Origin: Opitutales bacterium
GTDB taxonomy: Bacteria; Verrucomicrobiota; Verrucomicrobiia; Opitutales; Seribacteraceae
Assembly: GCA_038137385.1 (NCBI GenBank)
Contig: JAYQBP010000004.1
Coordinates: 1-34,378, forward strand
Reading direction: 5' to 3'
DNA length: 34,378 nucleotides
Made by a program: the position numbers and the translations under genes. Under the pieces are notes generated by a model. That model did not search any database, had not been told where the DNA came from, and saw only the letters and a list, made by a program, of their open reading frames with translations. Every line of letters begins with the position of its first letter. Position 1 is the first letter of the stretch. This document shows, piece after piece, positions 7,597-19,500 of the stretch.

Positions 7597-10500
7597 TTAA
7601 GGACTTATGATCCTTAGCCGTAGGAAATTCGATGGTTGAATCGAAGAAGAAGTGGATTGATAGGTTACCTGCTCCATATCTTCTCCAATTTCAATGGTAC
7701 TTACCAGCCGTACATTTGCCGTTTTCCATACACGCAGGTTAGTACTTTCTTCGATTCTGTATTCAAAATCTTCTCCCGTAGATGCGATTGGGTCTTTGTA
7801 ACGAATAAAGGAAATGCTTGGCTTTCCATGAATTGTTTTAACTTGCTGGCTGCCTCCATGCCGATCAAAACCAAGTGAGTCCATGCCCAGGGCCCTTTCG
7901 TAGAGATTGCTATATCCATCTCCATCGGAGTCAGCCATACTCAGGTCAAATTCATACTCTGCCTGTTCTGATGTCCAAGAAGACATTTGACTTAATCTTT
8001 GCGAAATGAAGTTTTCTTTGACCTTGTTATACCTTGGATCATTTTTACGCATATTTATCCAGGCTTCTTTGGTTGGATTAACCACTTCAAGTGTTCGGGA
8101 TAAAGTGATCGCTTCAGCGTATTCAGAGGTGGCTGGAATATCAAAGTATAGGGTTACGGTTCCAGTTTTTTGGGCAATGATACGATTGCGATCAATTACT
8201 TTGACTATACTGGGGTCGGAACTTGTAATCACAATACGATCTCCATTACTCGCATAGGCCCCCGGTAGAATAATGGGCCGGGGTTGGGCAATGACTGGTG
8301 GCAGTGCTCCTGTGTTTTTGGAATCGGCAAAGAGAACGGAGGGCCTTGATTTAGAAGAGACCTCGATTTGGATAAACACTGTATCTGCTGCATGGACAAA
8401 GGCGTTTCCACTTTGGCTGGCTGAGATCACGATGAGCCCCTCGGTGCCATCAAGCGTAACGACTCCACGCGAATCGATTGTACCAGGACCTGATTCGATC
8501 CTCAGCGTAATGGGTAGGTTGTAAACATCATGCCTAATACCAGATGAGGTAGCCAATGCACGGATGGGGAAGGGGGGGTCTTCCCGAACTTTTAGAGGAA
8601 TCATATCATAAGAAATATTCTGATCATCCTTCTGAAATAACGGGTCTGAAAAATCGATAATTTGCAGTTCCACTGATTGGGGTTGTGCCGGTTGGTATCG
8701 AGAGTCTCCATTCTGATAAGCCGTGATCGTTACTGTACCGGGTGATAATATTTTTGCTTGGTCCCCGGCAATGGTAAGAACATTTCTGTCACTGGATTGG
8801 AATATTATAGGTAAGCCAGAAGAAGCGAGTGCAGATAGGGTAAAGTCATTATCGTCTGCTTTTTTAACGGGCAGTTTTTCCACTCCAGATGTTGTGTTCC
8901 CTTCAACTCCTAGCCAAGTAATGACTTGATTCCCTCCAAAACTTGGCGGAGATACTGCGTATGGATGGAACTCAGGAAGTAAGGGGACCAACTCCCATTT
9001 GTGGGCTAAGTACCCTTCCACTTTTTGTCTATTGAAGAAACTAACTGGCTTATCAAAAATCAATACTTCCCCAAGGGTTCCAGTCAGCCCATGACCTACT
9101 TGATTGAGAGGCTGCGGAGTCGAGTTACTGGATGTGGATCCGGCAAGGTCTCCGTTGATCCAGAGGTTTTGTGTTCCCGATGATATTCCAATGCTGAGAA
9201 GGGTGAGCGTATTGGTTGCGCGGTTCGATGGAATATGTGGATCCGAATTATTGTAACTGAGTTCAAAGTTCCCGCTATTCGAGGTTAGGTATAAATCGCC
9301 CCCGAAAAGATTGGAGCGGATCGCTTGGGTTTGCTTTAGGATCGCAAAGATTAAGGCGGGTTCAGCTAAGGCCAATTGAAGGTTGAGTGATTGATTGAAG
9401 TCCGCATTAAAATCAATGCTGGGACGGGTATTTGCATGTCCAGGATTCCAAATGGGCATCTGGCCGTAAGTTGCTTGTACAGGACTGTTGTTATTGCCTG
9501 ATTTGTCTGACCATAAGCTTACTTTGTTTAGGTCGACAAAATCATCCTGGGAGTCGGGCGAGTTATCGAAGTTGATATCCGTCGCATCCAGCCATAATCC
9601 AAGTCCTGGAATCGAGTCTGCAAAAAGATTTCCGTATGCAATTGAAAAAGTCTGCGATACCGGCTCAGCCGGATTATACAGTTGGTTTCCAGCTTGGGAT
9701 GCCGTGATTGTCAGCACTCCGGAATTTCTAATTTCTACAATATTTGAAGAGATCGAGGCTAAGGCGAGATCAGAAACAGAAAATTCAATGGGGAGTCCTG
9801 AAGTTGCAGTTGCCTCCAAGCTAAAGGGGAAATCACCTACTGAGCGATTGATTAGAGGATCAAATTCGATCTGCTGGTCGGCTTTTACGACGGTAAGGTA
9901 ATTGTAAACAGGTATAGCCTTTTCGTAGGTGAGGTTGCCATTTTGTCTAGCAGTGATTCGGGTGGTGCCGAATCCCGTTGGAAGGATGGTTTGATAGTCT
10001 CCCCCTCCTTGGTTAAAGATCTGACCAATTTCTTCAAGGTTTAGGGTGCTGTTGTAGTAGCGTAAATCATCGATCATTCCATCAAATGATGCGGAACTAC
10101 TACCCAATACTAAATTCGAGAACCTAAATCCAAAAGGAAGGGAATCGTTGGATTCAACGGCATTTTCAATTTCCAAAATGGCGGTTCCGTCCGCATAAAG
10201 GGACAACTCTTTTGCATCCGCGTCGTAAGTAACCGTCAAGAATGTCCAGTTTTCATCACTTAGGATTTCAGAATTACTTCTGTAAGTGGAGGGAGATGTG
10301 CCGCCATCAGGATAGTAATTAAATTGGATACTACCGTTTCCTTCCTCCTTCAATAATTGGAAATGGTTCATGGTTGGGATGCCAGACTTAGACAGTAAAA
10401 CCATGCTGCTATCAGAGGTAGTATTTAAATCTGGTTTGATCCAAAATGAGAAACTGTAGTTACCATCCAATTGAATTGGTCCAAAATTTACATATCCATC

Positions 10501-13500
10501 AACACCGTCAAACTTTAGGGAGTTGCCGAACTTTCCACCGGTCCATGCATTGTCATTCCCTACGGTATTTAAGTTAAAAACAGTGCCCGAGCTAAGACCC
10601 TTTTCGTCGAAAACTTCTATGTATTTGTCTTCGTCGAATTTCCAATGAGATTGAAGAGAATCTTCCCTGGTAACAATCAACTTGGCCACCCCTTCATCTT
10701 CGATTTCATAATAAAGAGGTAAATCGGTCGGGGTGTAGTTTTCGAATGGATCAATAATCCTTAATGGCTCAATCATTTCCTGGTGATTGATACAGAAATA
10801 AAAGATACTTGAGTTGAAGTCCTGAGGAATCGATAAAGTGATTTGACCACCATTTCCGTTAAGGGGACCGCCGGTTACCAAGGCCGAACTGGTATCTCCC
10901 CAAGACTCCCCAATCATAAATGGATGGCTGGAGTGGACTCCATTATCTTTAAACACATAGGTGGATCCCCGAAAGAATACTTGTTGGGATAAATCCATGG
11001 CTCCATTAGAACTATTGAAATCGTAATATGGAGATGTGGAACTGCCTCCATGAACGAACAAATCCCCTACATGATTTGGGTCTGCAAGATTGAGTGGTGC
11101 CATCATTGCTTCATGATTTGTACAGAAATAGTACAGCGAGCCATTAAAGTCTTGAGGGATCGATAGAGTGATTTGACCACCATTTCCGTTAAGCGGATCA
11201 CCGCTCACCAAGGCTGAAGTGGTATCTCCCCAAGATTCTCCAATCATAAATGGATGAGTTCCGAGAACTCCCAAATCCTTGAACACATAGGTCGCACCAC
11301 GAAAGAATGTCTGTTCGGAGAGATCGAGGGTTCCTTCCGAATTATTGAAATCGTAAAACGGAGATGTGGGGCTTCCCCCGAATACGAAGATATCTTCTGT
11401 AGCCACCATTGATTGAACCGAGAAACCATCCAGTTGAATGGGAGGCGATAAAGCAGAAATGCCGGATAAATTTTGATCGAAAATAAGTTCCTGTCTTAAT
11501 TTCTCACTTACGGTCAATATTCCATTTGCATAACTCAAAAAGTACAGTTCGGAAAAAGCACCTTCTGCTTGGATGATATACTCACCGGTTACAGAAGGAG
11601 AATCTATGGAACCATCCGTTACTCCGACAGAAATAGAAATATTTTGGTCAAGGATTGATTCATTATCATCGCCAATAAAGCCAAATAAGTCGTAGGTGAG
11701 AAGGGGGTTACTCTCGGTGGTTTTACGGTATTTGTCATGCACTCGTACCAAGAGCTCTCTCTTGGATACAATAAATTCGGTAATGATTTTTTCAGCTGGG
11801 GCATAAGTGCTGTTCCCATCGCCTGGTTGGGTGGCCTGTAATTTGACGATACCGGGTTTTAAAATACTCAAGGTACATGGCATTTGGGTATCGTTTAGAT
11901 CGATGGATTCATTCCCTTCCAGGATTTCCAGGTAAACAGGCAGTCCTGAAGTTGCCGTCCAGTTCAAGTCCACTGGAGGATCGCCATACCTCAGTAAGCC
12001 GATTTCAGAGGGAAGAATACTTTGTTGGCCTGGTAAAACATAGAGAGTCATGTTTTCCTCGTCTAGACCTGATGAGTTCCACGCTTGCAAGTTGACCTCG
12101 AATGTGCCGACTTCTTCAGATTGCCCGAAAATAATGCCTTTTTCAGTATCAATTTCTAACCCCGCAGGAAGACCCGTTGCATTGAAATCGGTAGGACCCC
12201 TGAGGGTCTCGATCTTCAGGAAGTAATCCTCTCCGAATGCGGTAACTAATGGAGAACCTATTCCAAGATAGCAATCGTCTCGTTCGGTGGGGGTAATCGC
12301 GTGAGCGTAGAATCGAAAATCATCGATTAGCCCATTATAAAGACCAGATCCTAGACCATCTTGCCCACCCATAAAAATAATATCATCCCCACTGAGCGAT
12401 CCCTTGGCATTGATCGAGTTGGTGACTTCCTGATTATTTAAGAAGAATTTTAATTTATTACCATCCCACCACAAAATTAGATGAACCCAAGATCCAAATG
12501 GAAAGAGCACAGGTTCAATCTCTTTCCACCTAGAACTTACATACACTTGGGCATTGAGATAGCCGTCTGAAATTCCTATTTGGAACCTGCCTGAATTTAC
12601 CAAGTCTGCGTTTCGGTCCTCGGTGTTGATCCAAAAAGCAACGCTAAATGCTGAGCGAGCGTTTAAAATTTCAGGACTGTTGGACAACTTTATGGTTAAG
12701 TTGCCATCAAAGTGTAGGGCGGAACCTCTCTTTCCTTCCTGTGAATTCTCAAGAAATAAATCATAATCTAGATCTTTATCTTCCGCCAATCCATGGTTTT
12801 CCAATCCAGAAGAATCATTTACCTGAGTGCCGTTAAGGTCGTCAAATTTCCAATGAGCAACGGCATCTTTGGGGAGAAGAATCTGCGGAATATTGTCAAA
12901 AACTGGCGGAAAATCTGAATAGGTATGAGTTCCAAAGTCACCGTTTCCATTTCCATAGATTTCAGATATCTCCGTGGAAGAAAGCGTCCGGTTGTAAACT
13001 CTGAAATCATCGAGGGAAGGAGCAAATCTCCCAAAGTTTGTGGACAGGTTTCCGAGAGAGATGATTCCCAAAGAACCCGCACTACTTCCAGAGTAACGGC
13101 TAACTTCAACCCCATCGATGTAAATAATATACTGATTGGAAGATGAGGTAAGTCCAATCTGATGCCAAACAGGATTGTTGGTGGTTCCGGAAAGATCGCC
13201 GGCAAAGACATCTGTACTGGGTGGATTTTTATCATTGAGAAAGAGCTGATTATTACTCGACTTATCAAAATATAAATAAGTGAGGCCGGCCGAATCCGTG
13301 AGGGCATAATCCGAAGCGACTTCATCATCTGGTTTGTCAATCGGACTGAGAAACCATGAGGATACCGTCCAGTTGAGTTGATTTAATTCCAACTCGTTGG
13401 CACCTAAATCAACTTTCGCAGTACTTGGAGAAATTCCATCCAATCCAATGCCGGATGAAAATTTTCCTGACGCTCCCAAGTCGGCATCCACCACAATACC

Positions 13501-16500
13501 ATGGCGCAACGCCAAAGAGTAGTCTTCTACTACAGACCCCCCCGTTTCATTAAAGGGATAATAAAGAATGAGCCCTTCGTGTACCGAGAATCCAGACTGA
13601 GCAAGATCATCAAGAATACCCCACTTGTGAGCTAGGTAGCCTTCGATCATTTCCCGTTCAGCTGGTTCGAGCATCCGGTCGAAAACTAAAATTTCGGCAA
13701 TTTTACCGGACAGCAATCCAAATCCAGTTCGAGGATCCAAGCCAAGAGTGATTTGCTGCAATGCATCATTTTCTCCCTTAAATGAATTGAGACGGTTTCC
13801 AGATCTTGCTTCTAAGGTCCATGATGAAGCCCCATCATCCGCACCGATAGTAACGCCTTCCCCTTCTGAGATGACAAATACGTTTATGGGGCCCGATAAA
13901 TTGGTAAGGGTACCAACAAACATGGAGTTGCCTGATTCAAATTGAACTGCGGGCATAGTCCCAAATCCATCTTTATCATAAATTGGCATTTTGCTGAGGA
14001 TAGATTGGGTGGCATGTCTTTCTGATCGTGATTTATCCAGCCAAAGAGGAATTTTAGCACCATCAACGAGAGTGTCTCTTTCTCGGTCGCCATCGATATC
14101 GGAAGCGTCCAGCCAAAGGAGTAAGCCATCGAGTGTGTCCTTGGTAAACTGAGTATCGATTGTTCTGAAAGTAAAAATATCATCAGCCCAAGTCTCTCCG
14201 GCTAAATTTTTGGCATAAGCCCGGAAATAATAATCAGTATTTTCGGTCAGATGATTAGTGAGTAACTGATCCAAAGTACCAATGTCTGATGATTCACTGA
14301 GTTGAATCTTATAATCCCAGGTTGCATTGTTATCCGGACTGGTGGCTGTGGAATTGGCTTCAATTTTTTCATCTCCCCAAAAGATGAACACTTCGGCTGG
14401 GTCTCCTCCTATGCTGGTGACTTCAGTTTCACTTGATTTACCTCCAAACGGGGCAACCGTCGAATAAGGATGATCAGTTGGTAGGATTTGTTCTTTTAAA
14501 TTCCACTTGTGGGCGAGATATCCTTCGATTTGATTTCTTTGAATCGCATTGAATTGTCCTTGGTAAATGAAAATCTCTGCAATCTCACAGGCTGATAACT
14601 CGCTGTCCGTCATCCATCCTCCAACCTGGAGGACGCCAGGACCAAAATTGGCGTTACTGGAACCGCGCGATTCGTTAATCAGTAAAACACCATCCTGCCA
14701 TAAGCTGGCCGCCGGGTCCCCCTTATTGCTTTCGATCGTACCAAGATGTATGTGCCAATCGCTATCCAATGAACCGGTTGTAGAGATCCACCCTTCCGCA
14801 TACCATTTGCCCACCTGAGAGCCATGAAAACCGAAGAGGAAATTTCGGGTTCTTGAGCTGATGATCCGCTGGTTTTTCAATCCGGTGTAACGAGCTAGGG
14901 AGACCATGGTGTATCCGCTATCGGTCAAGGTGTCAAAATTATGACCGGTCCAAAGTAAATCATCGCCATCAAAATTAAGCACGGGTTTTCCATTGAGCCC
15001 AAAAGTAAGTAATCGTGGATTCCCATCCACATTTTCAAAGTCACGTCCGTATCCAGACTTATCTTTCCAAGTACTCACACTGGCTCCATTGCTTGCGACA
15101 ATACTGTCGGTGGAATACCATGCCTGGATGCCAGGAATGCTTGTCTTGCTAAAACTGGCATCTGTAGAGAAAGTGTTTTCTACAACCTCCCCGCCTATTG
15201 AGGTAAGTTCCGCTCTTAATAAGACCGATTGAGGACGGGCATCCAAAGCGGATAGGGTGCGGATTTCTGGCTTTTCGATTGCACGATACTCAATAAAACC
15301 ACTGTTGTTTACATCGCCCTCAAATAATTGGTTAATTTCGGATCCACTAAGTCCGCGATCATAGACTCGCAAGTCGTCAACAAGTCCATTGAAGTTACCA
15401 AAATCACTAAAAGGAAAAGTTCCCTGAGGTTGACCTACAGCAGGAACTTCATCATGGGCGGGTATGGTCCCATTTCCTGGAACTGAAACAGGTCCGTCGA
15501 CTAATTGACCATCTAAGTAAAGTTTAAGTACTCCTGGATTTTCTCCATAACTTACGGCCACATGGTGCCAATCATCATCCACTTCATTGGCCTTTTTTAA
15601 AGTTGAGAGCCCGGGAGGAGGAGCGGAGAAGTGCGGATGTTCGAAGGAAAGATTTGAATTTAAGTTCCATTTGTGGGCAAGGTATCCTTCCATTGTGTCA
15701 ATTTCACTATCCTCTAAGGCTTTGTTAAAAATTAATATTTCAGATATTCTTCCGTGCCATTGATCTCCACCATTGCCCTTTCCACCAATAGAAACGGGGA
15801 TCGATGGCTCGGATTTTATCGGACCAGTTAGGTTCGCTTGTTTGTGAGTGGAACCGTTAATTCTGAAGATCAAATTATTACTTGAATAGTCGGATGAATA
15901 TCGAAGAGTGACGAAACTGGGACCTCCATTGAAGTTGGCATTGACTCCAGTAGACCAAATTGCATCGCTGCTTGTATGTAAGTATTTGTTACCTCCTGTA
16001 TTGGTGTTGAATGCAGGACCCCATATCCGGTGACCTCCATAATCAGCTCGATGAATATTAAGTGTCCAAGCAAACGGGTGTGAATTCGAGTTTGCCCACC
16101 CAGTATGGTTACTCTTTCCGAGAATGACACAGAAGTGATCAAAGTTGGTTTGGTAAAGAGTTAAAAATACAGTCATTTCTGACCAACCGTCAAAAACGGT
16201 TTCACTATCCTGAACGATCAATACATCATTGGTTATATCGATCGCTCCAAGACCATTAAATCCATCCGCCCGCCAAAGTGGATTATGGCCCGAGAATTTG
16301 GTGGCATGGTGCATGTTTCCACTCTTGTCTCTCCAAAAACCAACGGAACTGCCATCACTTGGAGGGCCCGATTCACCATAAGTTGTGCCTATGTCCATAT
16401 TTTCTCTATCGGATGCATCCAGCCAAAGTTTTAAATTTAAGGATGGGTCCTGCAAAGGGGAGAAAGGCAAATCATTACCCAAGTCTTCGATCAAACGAGT

Positions 16501-19500
16501 GGTACTTAATTCAGTGACTGAATTGTTCTCGATAATTTGGGTACGAAGACGGCCTTCGTCATTCACTAAGACCATGCCATTGGACGAGGAACCTTCATCA
16601 TAGATTGCTTGTTTGCGATATCCGGCAATCTCTCTGCCGGTTAAATCATCCTGAGCGATTTCGTACATGTCACCCTCACTCAAAACTGAATTGTAGATCC
16701 GTAGTTCATCTACTTTACCTGTGTAGAAATCCTGATCTAATGGGTGAACTCCGCCCATGATCCAATCTGGGTAATCATCCAAATTGATAGGTGCACCATC
16801 GGGTATGAAACCATCTCCAGTTTTTACACCATTCACAAAAAGGCTAATGGAAGACTGGTTTCGATCTACCGATAGTCCAATGTGAGTCCAGTTGGAATTG
16901 TTGATTGATTGATTGGATTCTACCAATGCAGTGCCTCCATCAGTAAAATGTCTGTAGAAGAGGCCACCGGCGCCATCAATTCCTATTTGCAAGGGCCCCC
17001 TGCGAAGGAGAGAAAAACGATTTTCTGTTGAGAAGATATCGGATTGCTTTTCATCCGATGGATAAAGAGTGGTTAAGCTTGGTGGGCCAGAAAAGCTGGA
17101 TGGCGTTGCAAATTTGACATCGAGGGACGCGGTTTCGGTGAGTTCCCCATGATAGACCGCAAAATTGTAGGTGCCTTCGCCAAGGTAAAGCAGGTTGTTC
17201 GCTTGATTAAACTCAGAATTTATATCCGAGTAGACAATTCTTTCGGAAGATTCAAAAGTATAATCCTGATCCAAGTCGATCCATACCGCAGCTTGATCGT
17301 CCACATTTAAAAGCTCCCAGATGTAGGTTCCCGATTCCTTCGCATGGAATCTTCCTTTAAACAAAGCCAAAGTATTGTGATAGGAGCCAGAGCCTAATTC
17401 AAGAGCAAGGAAGTCTGAATCGTTTGCCAGGGATAGTTTTTTGGCTCCCGCATCGTTGAACTGATTCAATAAGCCCCATTTATTACCAAGGTACGATTCC
17501 ACTTTGACCATTTCTTCCGCACTCAAGGCTTGGTTGTAAATTAAGATTTCTCCAAGGGACGCGTTGGCATACCTGCCATTGATATTTCTGTCGTTGGAAA
17601 AATTATTCGCCCGGACATTGCCCGAGGTAAGGAGCGAGTAAACCGAGAATTCATCCGGCCAACTCCCATATATATTGTAGGGTGCACGATTGATACGGAA
17701 AGTGGATCCTGATTTTATGTACCCACTGGTGTGTGTGGAATGGAAGATTGAACCGGACCCATTGGAGTGGAAATGGTAAGAACCAGAATCTCCCAGTAAA
17801 AACCAACCCCCACCATCGTAATCCAAAGCCCAAAATACCGTGCGGATATCTGAGATACGATTGAATGAATGGTAGTTCCCATTGGATCCATCATAGTTCA
17901 TCACTGCCAAACCATTTTGGGCATTTGACATGACCAAAGGATTTCCATTTTTTGATGCATGATTACCCACCCCGGAGAGATCATTCCAAGTCGATTCAGC
18001 TAAAGCAAGTTCACTGGCATCGAGCCATAAACTTAACCCGGGTATACTTGTGGGGCTGAAACTTTCAGGATTGAAATCACCGAGGTCTGCATCGCGAATC
18101 AAAGAGACATAGTCCGGGTTTAAATTTAAGAGGTTTTCAATGTTTTCATAATAATAATCACTCGCAGAAAGCTTAAAACCATATGCATGCAGTTGTCCGT
18201 TTTGTTCCTTTGATCCGCTCGATAGTTCCGGGTTAATCCAAAGGGATACGGAGAAAGACCCTTGGTGAATTTCGGCGAGGGAATCAGTTGCAGGAATGGA
18301 GACAAAATCTTCGTCCTTGGAAAACTCAATCGATTTACCATACTTACCCAAAGCCCAGCCATTGGGGTTAACCTCCGCTTCGAGTTGATCAAAGTTGGAG
18401 TCATACGCGATATTGCCATATCCAAAGTCAAATGGAAAGTAGGCGGACAACTCTTTGTATTTAGTGATTTCAGGTCCGACATAAACACGAGGGTCAACTT
18501 TAATCCATGCACTTATCGTTCGACCATCAAAGGGCTCTCCAAGATAACCCGTGTTTTCAGGGTCGAGATTGAGCCAATTTGTGGCACCATTTAATCGTAG
18601 GGCATTTCCTTCATGCCCGGGAAGGCGAGTATCATTGTTGTCTATATTTTCAATCCCTGCGTGTCTTAAAGGAATAACTGAATCCATAACCTCACTTCCG
18701 TTATTTTCATCCATTCTCCAAAAGCCCAGTAGTTCATCCTTGATGTCAGGTTCGCCACTTGACCAATCTGTACCATCTATACTTTGAGCAAAGGCTCGGA
18801 AAAAATATTTTTCTCCAGGAACTAATCCATTCACGGTCGCATTAAATTCACCGGCTGAAACTGGATCTCCATTGTTAACGGATAGGTTGCCATCCCATTG
18901 AGACGGGTCAAATCCATGATCTTTAGACCCGTAAAAAATCAGGATTGATGGGTTGTTTTGATCCAAGCTCGAAAGTTCGCCCAGAATGGTAACCGAGTTA
19001 TTGGACTCGGCTTTGTATCCGGTGAGTTCCACCACCGGAGGCTCTGCAGTTGATGATGTGTTAAACTTTACACTTCCATCCAAATAGAGCATAGCGATCT
19101 CGGCTGAAGATAATCCACGATTGTAGATTTTAATTTCATCCAGGGTACCACTGAATTTATTATTTGCTGAGACTCCACCTAATGTAACATCACGCTCAGA
19201 TGATGTATTAATAATCGTATTAGCAAGACTGCTTGAAGAATAAGGGTAGGAGGGTTCAAGTTGGTCGACTAGTCCCCATTTGTGAGAGAGATAACCTTCT
19301 ATGGATTGCCTGTCTATGCTTTCAAGGTCCAAACCAACGATGATCATCTCTCCAATTTCACCCCCAAGAAAATCAGCCGCTGCCGTGAAGTTTGCCCCAA
19401 TGCGTATACCATTGGAAAGATTGTAGCTTCCCGTATTCAGGCTGGAAACTTCTCTTCCATTTAAGCTGATGACTCCGTTTGATTCGTTAAATACTGCAGA

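Noticed and set aside
10750-11395. The 330-bp repeat as a DGR template/variable pair or a CRISPR array
   Set aside because: Both copies are in-frame coding, differences are not confined to adenines, there is no reverse transcriptase or cas gene in the window, and there is no repeat-spacer periodicity.
5221-11395. Prophage, suggested by phage-like beta and cupredoxin-like modules
   Set aside because: No integrase, terminase, capsid or att sites are present. The modules are embedded in cellular exported proteins.
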